From IMG/VR virus record IMGVR_UViG_3300037493_000177, positions 1 through 59,062 of that record: a stretch of DNA of 59,062 nt, one strand, 5' to 3'. The notes below the pieces were generated by a model, which ran no database searches, was not told the DNA's origin, and saw only the letters and a program-made list of their open reading frames with translations. The stretch is from a virus. Lineage: Duplodnaviria > Caudoviricetes. Shown here one piece after another: positions 45,375 through 55,805 of the stretch (positions are counted from its first letter, which is position 1; each line of letters begins with the position of its first letter). A program made the translations under genes and the position numbers.

Positions 45375-47087
45375 ATGGCACTAACGGATAAAAATATTTT
45401 AATAACTCCCAACATTGGAGCAGCAGCTGACCCTAAGCTGGTATTCTCGGGAGCTGATGCGTCCACGGCAGCCCAGAACATCACGCTGACAGTTTACCCA
45501 ACCAACGGAGGTACCCTAAGCTTCGACGGTTCTACCGGTCAGCTATTCTCTGTGACCAATAGTATGAGTGGTACCATCTTCTCAGCGAATGACGTGTCAG
45601 GTATTCCAAGCATTGAAGTTATTGACACTGGTTTAGTAAAGATTGCGCAGTACTCTGGCAACTTGCTACTAGGTACTGGTACTGATACTGGACTTGCTAA
45701 GTTACAAGTAACGGGTTCATTGAGCATCACGGGTAATATGCTTTATCCAACGAACAGTAAGTCCATATACGGACCAAACACAAGTTGGTCTAGTTATTTG
45801 TACGTTGGTGGTGATGGTGTAAATGGTATCACTAGAACTGGTTCTATCGCATCTGTTGTTACTACGAATGGTAATCTGCATTTGGACTGTGGTTCTGGAG
45901 ATAGAGCATTACACTTAAACTATTATTCAGGCACAAGTGGTACTAATTTTGGCAATGGTGCTAATAGTATTACGGCAAATGTGTCTGGTGCTGGTGTATT
46001 CAATGGTACCAATGTCACAGTAAATGGCAATCAAACACTGCATGCTGGCAACTATACCTCATACTCTCCAACACTAACTGGGTCCGGTGCTTCTGGAACT
46101 TGGGGTATCAATATTACTGGAAGTGCTGGATCGGTGACGGGGTTATCGCTAAACTCTTCAGCCAACGCCGCAGTTCCCGATAACGTCACACAGAACCAAA
46201 TTGGATATAATAGCTCAGTCAGTCTGTTTGGGCAGACCGATGGTGGACTCTACTCGTCGGCACACAGCACACCTTGGGTGCATCAAATTTATGGAGATTT
46301 CCGTAGTGGTCGGATTGCTGTTCGTGGAAAGAATAGTGGAACATGGCAAGCGTGGAGAACTGTACTCGATTCAAGTAACTACAACAGCTACAGCCCGACG
46401 CTGACGGGCGGGTCAGCTAGTGGTACTTGGGGTATCTCGATTACTGGTAATTCGGCATCTTGTACAGGTAATGCCGCTACTTCGTCGAATACATCATCTA
46501 TTAGTAGTGCAACGGGGGGTGCTTATACATGGACTGGATCAAACACCTTTCAATCTAATAAAGGCTCAGGAGTATATTTAGGGGCAACAAATACCGCACA
46601 ACTTCAGGCGTATTCTAGTGACTCCGGTGCTGCGTTCATGTCATTCCATCGCGGTGGTTATTTCGCAGTAAATATGGGTCTCGACCCTGACAATGTACTT
46701 CGGATCGGGGGCTGGTCTGCATCATCAAATAGATTTCAGATGGATATGTCTGGAAACTTGACTATGGCTGGTAACGTAACAGCTTACTCAGATGAGCGCC
46801 TAAAGAAAGACTGGGAATTACTACCTACAGATTTTGTAAAGAATCTGGCTTTAGTAAAAGTTGGTACGTTTACTCGTATAGATAGCAATGAACGGCAAGT
46901 AGGGGTATCTGCGCAAAGTTTAATTACTTTATTACCTGAATCTGTACAAAATGATGGCGAGTACTTGTCCGTAGCATACGGCAATGCGGCTCTTGCCTCA
47001 GCAGTTGAGTTAGCAAAAGAAGTAGTGAGTTTAAACGCTCGTATCGCCAGACTAGAAGCTCTGGTATCAAAATTAATAGAAGGATAA
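45375..47087 (+). CDS. tail fibre protein with C-terminal S74 chaperone
   Basis: GQLFSVT..FSANDVSGIPSIEV N-terminal module; GNVTAYSDERLK..GVSAQ..LPE.V..VAYGN. Confidence 0.85.
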   Translation: MALTDKNILITPNIGAAADPKLVFSGADASTAAQNITLTVYPTNGGTLSFDGSTGQLFSVTNSMSGTIFSANDVSGIPSIEVIDTGLVKIAQYSGNLLLGTGTDTGLAKLQVTGSLSITGNMLYPTNSKSIYGPNTSWSSYLYVGGDGVNGITRTGSIASVVTTNGNLHLDCGSGDRALHLNYYSGTSGTNFGNGANSITANVSGAGVFNGTNVTVNGNQTLHAGNYTSYSPTLTGSGASGTWGINITGSAGSVTGLSLNSSANAAVPDNVTQNQIGYNSSVSLFGQTDGGLYSSAHSTPWVHQIYGDFRSGRIAVRGKNSGTWQAWRTVLDSSNYNSYSPTLTGGSASGTWGISITGNSASCTGNAATSSNTSSISSATGGAYTWTGSNTFQSNKGSGVYLGATNTAQLQAYSSDSGAAFMSFHRGGYFAVNMGLDPDNVLRIGGWSASSNRFQMDMSGNLTMAGNVTAYSDERLKKDWELLPTDFVKNLALVKVGTFTRIDSNERQVGVSAQSLITLLPESVQNDGEYLSVAYGNAALASAVELAKEVVSLNARIARLEALVSKLIEG

Positions 47088-47089
47088 TC

Positions 47090-47467
47090 ATGACACAAGC
47101 AACTTTCACCATTGTTATTAATGGTATCAAAACAGCAACTGTTGACGGCATTGCTGACGCAGTAAAACAAATTGAATGGACTCTAAAGGGAGAACTAGAG
47201 GGTCAAACCTTTGAACTTCCACAGACTACTATCGTTCCAGATCCAACTGAAGCTGGATTTATTCCATTGTCAAATCTAACTCCAGAAATCGTTACCGTAT
47301 GGATTGAAGAACATGACGAGAACATGGATGCAGCAAAAGCTCACATTCAGTATGTGCTGGATAGACAAGTTATTGCTGCAGCGTTGGTTGTTACGCCAAT
47401 GCCTTGGGCTCCAGTAGTAGTAGTAGAAGAAATTGTACCAGTTGAACCAATTTCACCTGCAGTATAA
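47090..47467 (+). CDS. tail fibre-associated / assembly protein
   Basis: Acidic 125 aa protein directly after an S74 fibre; FIPLSNLTPE.V..WIE, MPW motifs. Confidence 0.55.
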   Translation: MTQATFTIVINGIKTATVDGIADAVKQIEWTLKGELEGQTFELPQTTIVPDPTEAGFIPLSNLTPEIVTVWIEEHDENMDAAKAHIQYVLDRQVIAAALVVTPMPWAPVVVVEEIVPVEPISPAV

Positions 47468-47470
47468 ATA
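47463..47470 (+). promoter_or_regulatory. late promoter for the neck genes
   Basis: Perfect TATAAATA 20 nt before gp13. Confidence 0.8.
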
Positions 47471-47490
47471 ATAGAATAATTGGAGACAAC

Positions 47491-48231
47491 ATGGCTGTAA
47501 CAACGAGATTAGGTTTAATTGAATATTGCTTAAGAGCTCTTGGTGAGCCTGTTGTCGAAATTAATATCGACGAACAGCAAGTAGAAGATCGCGTTGATGA
47601 AGCAATTGAGTACTTTCGGCAGTATCACTTTGATGGTATCGAAAAGGTATACTTAAAGCATAACATTACGCAACAGAACATCGATGATAAGTTCATCTTA
47701 GTTCCAGATCTGATCTATGGTATCACTAAGGTATATCCAGTAGCGTCAGGTACTTCTACTTCTAAGTCAATCTTTGACTTACAGTATCAACTTCGTCTTA
47801 ACGATCTATACGATCTTACTAGCACGTCTGTGATGTACTACACTCAGGTAATGAGTCACTTGGCTCTACTTGATCTAACACTTAATGGACATCCACTGTA
47901 TCGATTCAATCGCTTAAACAATAAGCTCTACATCGATACAGTGTGGTCTGAGAAGATGCAGGTAGGCAACTATCTTCTAGTTGAGTGCTATCGTGCAATG
48001 GATCCAGCAGACGCTCCTCGTATGTATGGAGAATCATGGATTAAACACTATACCACTGCGCTGATTAAGAAACAATGGGCTGTCAATCTTAAGAAATTCT
48101 CTGGCATGCAATTACCGGGTGGGGTATCCATCGATGGTCCTGCGTTATACGCTGAAGCTATGGCTGAGATCAAAGATCTTGAAGATGAGATGATGAATAA
48201 GTCGGCACCTCTAGAATGGTTCATGGGATAA
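47491..48231 (+). CDS. gp13: neck protein gp13
   Basis: YCLRALGEPVVEIN.D..Q.EDR.DEA..YF..YHFDG, KKQW..NL.KF.G.QLPGGV. Confidence 0.95.
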   Translation: MAVTTRLGLIEYCLRALGEPVVEINIDEQQVEDRVDEAIEYFRQYHFDGIEKVYLKHNITQQNIDDKFILVPDLIYGITKVYPVASGTSTSKSIFDLQYQLRLNDLYDLTSTSVMYYTQVMSHLALLDLTLNGHPLYRFNRLNNKLYIDTVWSEKMQVGNYLLVECYRAMDPADAPRMYGESWIKHYTTALIKKQWAVNLKKFSGMQLPGGVSIDGPALYAEAMAEIKDLEDEMMNKSAPLEWFMG

Positions 48232-48232
48232 T

Positions 48233-48880
48233 ATGCCTAACGTATACTTTTCTCACGGCACTCGCAATGAACAGTATCTTCTTGAAGATCTGATCGTAGA
48301 GTCCATCTCTATCTGGGGTCAGGAATTTTACTATATTCCTAGAACTTTAGTAGCTAAAGATGAGATCCTCGGTGAAGATCGTCTGTCTAAGTTTAAGGAT
48401 GCGTATCCAATCGACATGTATTTAGAATCAGTTGATGGTTTTGAAGGGCAGGGAGCTTTTATCCAGAAGTTTGGTCTCATGATGGAACAGTCTGCAACGT
48501 TGACTGTCGCTCGTCGCACTTGGGAACGAGTCGTTGGAAAGCACGGCAGTACTATACTTCCTAATCGTCCATGTGAGGGTGATCTACTCTACTTTCCATT
48601 GACTAAGGGTCTATTTGAGATCAAGTTCGTGGACCATCAGGATCCATTCTACCAGTTGAAGAAACTATATGTCTATAAGCTTCAAGTAGAACTATTCCAA
48701 TATTCTTCTGAGAAGATGGAAACTGGAATTCCTGCTATTGATGTCTTTGAAACTCTTAAGACTTTCGACACCACTCTACAACCTAATATCGACGTAGTGG
48801 ATTCATACGGTGATAACAATCAATTTAAAGACGAAGCAACTGCCGTAGTCTTTGATACCAGCAATCCATTTGGCGAATAA
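48233..48880 (+). CDS. gp14: neck protein gp14
   Basis: EQYLLEDLIVESI, YYIPR, GED..SKF, P.EGDL.YFP, FEIKFV.H..PFYQL, NPFGE. Confidence 0.95.
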   Translation: MPNVYFSHGTRNEQYLLEDLIVESISIWGQEFYYIPRTLVAKDEILGEDRLSKFKDAYPIDMYLESVDGFEGQGAFIQKFGLMMEQSATLTVARRTWERVVGKHGSTILPNRPCEGDLLYFPLTKGLFEIKFVDHQDPFYQLKKLYVYKLQVELFQYSSEKMETGIPAIDVFETLKTFDTTLQPNIDVVDSYGDNNQFKDEATAVVFDTSNPFGE

Positions 48881-48881
48881 C

Positions 48882-49616
48882 ATGCTACACAACAATATTT
48901 TCTATCATGGTATAACCCGTAAGATTATAGTCGCCTTTGGTAGTCTGTTTAGCAACATTCGTATTGAACGTAAGAAGGATGGAGTGACAGTTCAGACTCT
49001 GGCTATCCCAATCGCGTATGCGCCAAAGGAAAAGTGGTTAGTTCGTATTGAACAAGATCCAATGTTGGAGAATAATACATATACGACTCTACCAAGATTA
49101 TCGTTTGAGATCACGAGTCTAACTTACGATGCATCTCGTAAGACTAATAGAATGAATTATATTACTATCCATGACGCCGATGGTAATCACAATAAGATGT
49201 ATGCTCCAGTTCCATACAACATAGACATATCATTGTATGCGTTAACGAAGACACAGGAAGATGGGTTACAGATCATCGAACAGATCCTTCCATACTTTAC
49301 GCCAGAGTATACTCTGGCGCTTAAGACTATTCCAAACAGCGAAATCATTATGGATGTGCCTATTATTCTTGATGGCGTATCAGTTCAAGATGATTATGAT
49401 GGTGATTTCTCGACTAGACGGTTTGTTACTTACACTATGAATTTTACTTTGAAGTGTAACTTCTATGGACCAATTGTTGATGGCACTAAGATCATTACTT
49501 CATCCTTTGTCGACATCAACAACATTGAATCTGCGTTAGATAATTTTGCTAATGTAAATACAACTGGAGTTCCAGCAACTGGAGTTATAACTAGTACAGT
49601 AGTTGAAACCGAGTAA
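48882..49616 (+). CDS. gp15: tail sheath stabilizer / terminator gp15
   Basis: FYH...RK.IVAFG.LF, PIAYAPKEK, LPRLSFE, PVPYN, QIIEQILPYFTP; ATG at 48882. Confidence 0.95.
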   Translation: MLHNNIFYHGITRKIIVAFGSLFSNIRIERKKDGVTVQTLAIPIAYAPKEKWLVRIEQDPMLENNTYTTLPRLSFEITSLTYDASRKTNRMNYITIHDADGNHNKMYAPVPYNIDISLYALTKTQEDGLQIIEQILPYFTPEYTLALKTIPNSEIIMDVPIILDGVSVQDDYDGDFSTRRFVTYTMNFTLKCNFYGPIVDGTKIITSSFVDINNIESALDNFANVNTTGVPATGVITSTVVETE

Positions 49617-49637
49617 TACAAATATATTATACCATAC

Positions 49638-51230
49638 ATGAGTGACAACTTAAAATCTTATAATTCTAATAGTGGACTAAAAGCAGCTGGTCAAGTCATA
49701 GGCTTCACTAAAGAACAACTTCAAGAATATTTGAAGTGTGCAGAAGATCCTATCTACTTTATTGACAACTATTGCATGATCGTTTCTCTTGATCAGGGTT
49801 TAATCCCGTTCAAGTTATATCCTTGTCAGGTAAATAAGATCAACGTCATTCATAATAACCGTAAAGTTATTTTAATGGAAGGTCGTCAACAGGGTAAGAC
49901 GACGACTTCAGCTGCGTATATTCTTTGGTATACGATATTTCAAACGAGTAAGACCGTTGCTATTCTTGCTAATAAGGCAACAGCGGCACGCGAAGTATTG
50001 AATCGCTATCAACTCATGTATGAAAATCTTCCAATGTGGATGCAGCAGGGTGTTACTACATGGAACAAAGGCGACATTGAATTAGAGAATGGTTCAAAAG
50101 TATTCACTGCAGCAACATCAGCTTCTGGTATTCGTGGTAAGTCTGTAAACATGTTGTATGTAGATGAAACCGCGATCATTCCAAACACAGTTGCAGAACA
50201 ATTCTTTGCTTCAGTATACCCAACAATCTCTGCTGGTGAAACGACAAAGATTCTATTAAGTTCCACTCCACTTGGCTATAATCACTTCTGGAAATTCTGG
50301 AACGATGCTGAGAATGACCGCAATGGATTCGTTCCATTGTTTATTCCATACACTGATATTCCTGGAAGAGATGCCGCATGGGCAAATGAACAACATAGAT
50401 TGCTCGGCGATCTGAAGTTCAATCAGGAGGTGATGTGTAACTTCCTTGGCTCAAGCTTAACTTTGATAAATTCTAATGCAATTTCTCAATTGTCTCCAGG
50501 ATCTCTTATATATAGTAAGGATGGTTTCGATGTGTACGAGAAACCAAAAGTAGATCGAGTATATGCACTGGTTGCAGATACTGCAAAAGGAGTTGGTGGA
50601 GATTATTCTGCGTTTGTCGTAGTTGACATGACAGAACTTCCATATAGATTAGTAGCTAAATTCCGTGATAATAGAATTAGCCCGATGCTATATCCTTCGA
50701 TTATAAATAAAGTGGGTAGAGAATACAATACTGCTTATGTTCTTATAGAAATCAATTCTTCAGAACAAGTAGCTGATATTCTCTACGGTGAATATGAATA
50801 TGATAATGTCGTTATGGTAAATAGAAGTGGCGATGGACAGACTATATCTGGTGGCTTTGGCGGCGGAAGAACTCAATTAGGAGTAATAACCGACAAGAAA
50901 GTCAAACGAATTGGATGTTCTAACTTTAAAGCTCTAGTTGAAGAAAAACGGTTATTGATTCCTGATGCAGATGTTATCTCTGAAATTTCTACCTTTATTC
51001 AAATAAAGAATAGTTACGAAGCAGATGAAGGGTATCATGATGATTTAGTTATGCCTTTAGTATTGTTTTCGTGGGCAACCACTAGTCAGTATTTTAAAGA
51101 TCTTAGCAATATCAATATTAGACAAGTGATGTATGAAGACCAGATGAAACAGATTGAAAATGACTTAACACCATTTGGTTTCTTAGATGATGGACAAACA
51201 ACGGGAGATGGTCTATTGGCCAACTTCTAA
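49638..51230 (+). CDS. gp17: terminase large subunit gp17
   Basis: Walker A GRQQGKTT, ILANK, LYVDE Walker B, SSTPLG.NHF, HDDLVM. Confidence 0.97.
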   Translation: MSDNLKSYNSNSGLKAAGQVIGFTKEQLQEYLKCAEDPIYFIDNYCMIVSLDQGLIPFKLYPCQVNKINVIHNNRKVILMEGRQQGKTTTSAAYILWYTIFQTSKTVAILANKATAAREVLNRYQLMYENLPMWMQQGVTTWNKGDIELENGSKVFTAATSASGIRGKSVNMLYVDETAIIPNTVAEQFFASVYPTISAGETTKILLSSTPLGYNHFWKFWNDAENDRNGFVPLFIPYTDIPGRDAAWANEQHRLLGDLKFNQEVMCNFLGSSLTLINSNAISQLSPGSLIYSKDGFDVYEKPKVDRVYALVADTAKGVGGDYSAFVVVDMTELPYRLVAKFRDNRISPMLYPSIINKVGREYNTAYVLIEINSSEQVADILYGEYEYDNVVMVNRSGDGQTISGGFGGGRTQLGVITDKKVKRIGCSNFKALVEEKRLLIPDADVISEISTFIQIKNSYEADEGYHDDLVMPLVLFSWATTSQYFKDLSNINIRQVMYEDQMKQIENDLTPFGFLDDGQTTGDGLLANF

Positions 51231-51241
51231 AACTGACTATA

Positions 51242-51249
51242 TATAAATA
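51242..51249 (+). promoter_or_regulatory. late promoter for gp18
   Basis: Perfect intergenic TATAAATA. Confidence 0.85.
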
Positions 51250-51298
51250 AAGATAGACAAAGTTCTAATTTTATTAATAACTCTCAAGGAGAATCGCA

Positions 51299-53593
51299 AT
51301 GCCTTTCGCACTATCTCCAGGTGTAACAATTGTTGAGAAAGATTTCTCATCTATTATTCCTGCTGTTTCAACTTCTGCCGGCGCGTTTGCCGGTGTGTTT
51401 TCATGGGGACCAGTGGCAGAGCCAACAACGGTTTCTTCTGAGGATGTACTAGTACAACGCTTTGGTGGACCAAATGACTCTAACTATGAGTCATTTTTCT
51501 CTGCTGCTAACTTTTTAGCATACACAAACAATCTAATTGTCAATCGTACTGACACTGCTGATCTAAGAAATGCCGTTGCTTCTGCAGGCGGTGAAGTTCT
51601 TGATGTAACATTCACGACAAAAGGTTCTGGATACAAGACTGGTCATGCAACTACTGTAGCATTCTCAGCACCAGAAACTGCTGGTGGATCTACTGCTACT
51701 GGCACTATTGTTCTTAGTGGCGGTATCGTTACTGGAATCTCAGTTGTAGTAGCTGGTTCTGGTTATCTTGCAGCTCCTACTGTTACTATCAGTGCTCCTG
51801 AAGTTGAAGGTGGTCAAACTGCTGTTGCTACCGCTGTTATTTCTGGTGGAGTAGTTACTGCTATCAACTTGACTGCTGGTTCATTGGGTTCTGGTTATCT
51901 TGCAGCTCCTACGATCACACTTAGTGCAGCCCCAGCTGGTGGCACTTCAGCTACTGCAACATCAACAGTTGCAACTTCTAGCATTAGCAAAATCAATATC
52001 ACTAGTGGTGGTTCTGGTTATGTTGCAGCTCCTACTGTTACTATTACAGCAGCTAATACTGGTACCGTTGGTGCAGTAGTTGCTCCTACTGGCGTAACAG
52101 CTGTTCTTTCATCTTCATCTGGTGTTAAGATTAGAAACACTGCAGATTACGTTGCAAACTTCCGTGACTATCAACAGTCTGTGTATGGTATGTTTGCTGC
52201 TCGTTATCCAGGTACTCTTGGAAATGGTATCGCGATTGTCTTAGTTGACAAAGCCGTATATACCTGGGCTCTTCTAAATCCAACTAGTTACATCACTGGC
52301 ACTACAGTTAAAGCTTCTGTAATTACATCAAGTTTTAGTGGAACTCCTGGTACTAGCACTGCTGCTTCGTTAAAAGGCATTGCAGATGACGAACTTCATG
52401 TATTAGTTCTTGACACCGCTCGCGGAACATGGTCAGGCACTCCATACACTACTCTCGAAAAATATTCATATCTATCGAAGATCAAAGGTGTGACACGCAG
52501 TGATGGTACTAACGTATACTATCGTGATGCTATCAATACAGCATCTAAGTATATCTGGGTTCTAAACACTCCTAGCGCTGTTCAGGTTAACGATCCACAG
52601 AATATCGATTGGGATAAGAATATCGATTCTATCGCAAATGCTGTAAATCTTCGCGATTTAAAGTCTACCGCAATTGCTATCACTCTAGCTGGTGGCGTTG
52701 ACGACTTTGATGCTACAGATGGTGAAACCCAAACTGCATTCTTGCAATTCACTAACACTGACTTGTATGACATCTCTCTTGTCATCTCCGGCGATGTAAG
52801 TGCAACTACTGCAAATGTGTTGATTAACAATTTAGCTGAAATACGTAAAGACTGTGTAGTGTTTATCTCTCCACGTAATGCAGATGCTTCTCCTATCACT
52901 ATTTCTACGACAGCAGTTGAAAACATTCAGACTTTCAAGTCAACTTTGACTAACAGCACCTATGCTGTTCTAGACACTGGATGCAAGTATCAGTATGATC
53001 GTTACAATGATACATATCGTTGGATTCCACTAAATGCAGATATCGCTGGTCTATGTGCTCGTACTGATTACACCACAGATGCATGGTTCTCTCCAGGTGG
53101 TTTCACCCGCGGTCAAGTAAAGAATGTCGTTAAGTTGGGCTTCAATCCAGGACCTACCGAGCGTGATAATCTTTACAAAGAAAGCGTTAATCCAGTTGTA
53201 ACGTTCCCAGGACAAGGTACTATCCTTTATGGTGACAAAACATTCTGGGCTAAGCCAAGTGCTTTCGATCGTATCAATGTACGTCGTCTATTCATTGTAT
53301 TAGAAAAGGCCGTTGCTACAGCAGCTAAGTATCAGTTGTTTGAATTCAATGATGACTTTACTCGCGCTCAGTTCCGCAATTTAGTTGAACCGTTCTTGCG
53401 TAATGTCCAAGGTCGTCGTGGCATTATTGACTACCGCGTTAAATGTGATACCAGTAATAATACTGGCGAAGTTATCGATCGTAATGAGTTTGTTGCAAGT
53501 ATCTTCATCAAACCAAATCGTTCAATCAACTTTATCACACTAAACTTTGTGGCTGCTCGTTCAAGCGTAAGCTTTGACGAAATCGGCGGTTAA
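51299..53593 (+). CDS. gp18: tail sheath protein gp18
   Basis: LSPGV...EKD, F.WGP, WFSPGG..RG, FDRINVRRLF, FEFND.FTR, IKP.RSINFI.LNFVA. Confidence 0.97.
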   Translation: MPFALSPGVTIVEKDFSSIIPAVSTSAGAFAGVFSWGPVAEPTTVSSEDVLVQRFGGPNDSNYESFFSAANFLAYTNNLIVNRTDTADLRNAVASAGGEVLDVTFTTKGSGYKTGHATTVAFSAPETAGGSTATGTIVLSGGIVTGISVVVAGSGYLAAPTVTISAPEVEGGQTAVATAVISGGVVTAINLTAGSLGSGYLAAPTITLSAAPAGGTSATATSTVATSSISKINITSGGSGYVAAPTVTITAANTGTVGAVVAPTGVTAVLSSSSGVKIRNTADYVANFRDYQQSVYGMFAARYPGTLGNGIAIVLVDKAVYTWALLNPTSYITGTTVKASVITSSFSGTPGTSTAASLKGIADDELHVLVLDTARGTWSGTPYTTLEKYSYLSKIKGVTRSDGTNVYYRDAINTASKYIWVLNTPSAVQVNDPQNIDWDKNIDSIANAVNLRDLKSTAIAITLAGGVDDFDATDGETQTAFLQFTNTDLYDISLVISGDVSATTANVLINNLAEIRKDCVVFISPRNADASPITISTTAVENIQTFKSTLTNSTYAVLDTGCKYQYDRYNDTYRWIPLNADIAGLCARTDYTTDAWFSPGGFTRGQVKNVVKLGFNPGPTERDNLYKESVNPVVTFPGQGTILYGDKTFWAKPSAFDRINVRRLFIVLEKAVATAAKYQLFEFNDDFTRAQFRNLVEPFLRNVQGRRGIIDYRVKCDTSNNTGEVIDRNEFVASIFIKPNRSINFITLNFVAARSSVSFDEIGG

Positions 53594-53600
53594 TTCACAA

Positions 53601-53634
53601 GGGAGAGATTAGCCTCTCTCCCGTTGAATAAATA
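53601..53634 (+). promoter_or_regulatory. hairpin plus late promoter variant between gp18 and gp19
   Basis: GGGAGAGA-TTAGCC-TCTCTCCC at 53601-53622 without a U-tract; AATAAATA at 53627-53634. Confidence 0.55.
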
Positions 53635-53656
53635 AAAGAATAAAGGAGTCATTCAG

Positions 53657-54253
53657 ATGGCAAACATTTCAGATTTTAAAGCACAACTTACTGGCGGTGG
53701 CGCTCGCGCTAATCAGTTCAGAGTTGGTTTAGCTTTCCCTTCGTTTGTGAATCTAGGCGTAATCGCCGGTACACAAGCGCAATTCCTATGCAATACCGCT
53801 CAATTACCAGCATCTACTATTGAACCAATCTCTGTTCTATATAGAGGCCGTCCAGTTAATTTTGCCGGTGAAAGAACATTCGCTCCTTGGACCGTTTCAA
53901 TCTATAACGATACGAACTTTAACATTCGTAACGCATTAGAACAATGGTCTAATGGCATTCAAAACAATGCAGATACTAATGGTATCACCAATCCATTGAA
54001 CTACCAAGTTGACATGGCAGTGTATCAACTCGATCGCAATGGTTCAACTATCAAGACGTATTCATTCCACGATGCATTCCCTTCTGAAGTTGGTGACATT
54101 CAATTGGGCTATGACCAAGGAAATGCAATTGAAACGTTTAACGTAACGTTCCAATATAACTTCTGGACATCTGATACTTCTACTGGTGGAGCTGCTGGCG
54201 GTTTCGGAGTTAGCGGTACCGTTAATACTCCAGTTGGTTCTTTCCCTATCTAA
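53657..54253 (+). CDS. gp19: tail tube protein gp19
   Basis: GGGARANQF.V, AQLPAS, RGR....AGERTF.PWTV...ND..F.IR..E.W. Confidence 0.96.
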   Translation: MANISDFKAQLTGGGARANQFRVGLAFPSFVNLGVIAGTQAQFLCNTAQLPASTIEPISVLYRGRPVNFAGERTFAPWTVSIYNDTNFNIRNALEQWSNGIQNNADTNGITNPLNYQVDMAVYQLDRNGSTIKTYSFHDAFPSEVGDIQLGYDQGNAIETFNVTFQYNFWTSDTSTGGAAGGFGVSGTVNTPVGSFPI

Positions 54254-54269
54254 TTAGAAGCGATATATA

Positions 54270-55805
54270 ATGAAAGTCTTTGGTTTCGAAATTCAGCGTA
54301 AGAAACAGCCTGAGCCGTTATCGGTTATAGCCCCGTCGCAAGATGATGGTTCAACCGTAGTAACGTCTACAGCTGGATATTATGCACATGTGATGAATAT
54401 GGACGATACGATTAAGAGTGAAAACGACTTAATTCGTAGATATCGCGAAGTATCGCAGTATCCTGATTGTGATAGTGCTATTGATGATATCACCAATGAA
54501 GCTATCGTAGCAGAAGAAGACCATGCACCGGTTGAAATTGTTTTAGATGATCTAAAAGTTTCCGCTGGAATTAAGACCAAGATCACTGACGAGTTTAAGA
54601 ACGTCATGACCCTATTGAAATTTGATGAAAAGGGTCATGACATCTTTCGCAATTGGTATGTTGACGGTAGACTATATTATCAGATTCTAGTGGATGAAGC
54701 TAATCCTAAGAACGGTATCGTTGAACTACGACCTGTTGACTGCCGTAAGATTCGCAAGATCAAGAACGTAGTAAAACAAAAGAATCCACAAGGTGTGGAG
54801 ATCATTAAGAACATAGAAGAGTACTACCTTTACAACGATAAAGGTATCACAGAATCTACATCGCAGGGAATTAAACTTCCTCTTGATTCTATTCTCTATA
54901 CTCCATCAGGAGTAGTAGACCAAAATACTGGTCTTATGCTATCGTACTTGCATAAGGCTATTAAGTTAGTAAATCAACTTAAGATGATGGAAGACTCTTT
55001 AGTCATCTATCGTATCAGTAGAGCACCTGAACGTAGAATTTTCTATGTCGACGTTGGTAATCTACCAAAACAAAAAGCAGAACAATACGTCAATGACTTG
55101 ATGAATAAGTTCCGCAACAAAGTTGTTTACGATGCAACAACCGGCGAAGTCCGCGATGATCGTAAACACATGTCCATGATGGAAGACTTTTGGATGCCTC
55201 GCCGCGAAGGTGGTAAGGGTACAGAAATCACTACACTTCCAGGTGGGCAAACCCTTGGTCAGATTGAAGACATTGAATTCTTCCAAAGTAAACTATTTCA
55301 AGCGTTGAACGTTCCAATGAGTCGTCTAAAAGGCGATGGTGGATTCAACATGGGTCGTTCATCGGAGATCACTCGTGATGAGATCAAGTTCACTAAGTTT
55401 GTATGGAGAATTCGTAAGAAGTTCTCTAACTTATTCCTTGATGCTCTGAAGATTCAGTTGGTCCTTAAAGGCGTTATCAATATCGAAGATTGGCCAGAGA
55501 TGGTTCAACAGATTCGATTTGACTTCATGAAGGATAACCACTTTGCAGAGATTAAAGAAAACGAGATCATGCAGGGTAGAATTAACCTATTGACTGCGTT
55601 GGATCCATTCGTTGGAAAATATTATTCTCCATCATACATTAAACGTAATATCCTTATGCTTAATGATGAACAGATCAAAGAGATCGATACAGAGAATGAA
55701 ACACATAATGCAGATACACAAGCTGCTGAAGTAAATGATATGATGGTCAAGGGGAAAGCCCAAGCTGACATCAATAAAATGCAAGATACTGGAGATAAAA
55801 AATGA
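54270..55805 (+). CDS. gp20: portal vertex protein gp20
   Basis: WYVDGR, YRISRAPERRIFYVDVGNLPK.KAEQY, EDFWMPRREGGKGTEITTLPGG. Confidence 0.98.
   Translation: MKVFGFEIQRKKQPEPLSVIAPSQDDGSTVVTSTAGYYAHVMNMDDTIKSENDLIRRYREVSQYPDCDSAIDDITNEAIVAEEDHAPVEIVLDDLKVSAGIKTKITDEFKNVMTLLKFDEKGHDIFRNWYVDGRLYYQILVDEANPKNGIVELRPVDCRKIRKIKNVVKQKNPQGVEIIKNIEEYYLYNDKGITESTSQGIKLPLDSILYTPSGVVDQNTGLMLSYLHKAIKLVNQLKMMEDSLVIYRISRAPERRIFYVDVGNLPKQKAEQYVNDLMNKFRNKVVYDATTGEVRDDRKHMSMMEDFWMPRREGGKGTEITTLPGGQTLGQIEDIEFFQSKLFQALNVPMSRLKGDGGFNMGRSSEITRDEIKFTKFVWRIRKKFSNLFLDALKIQLVLKGVINIEDWPEMVQQIRFDFMKDNHFAEIKENEIMQGRINLLTALDPFVGKYYSPSYIKRNILMLNDEQIKEIDTENETHNADTQAAEVNDMMVKGKAQADINKMQDTGDKK

Noticed and set aside
29384-47467. 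Invertible (shufflon/Gin-type) tail fibre switch
   Set aside because: All fibre genes are on one strand; I saw no inverted recombination sites or recombinase
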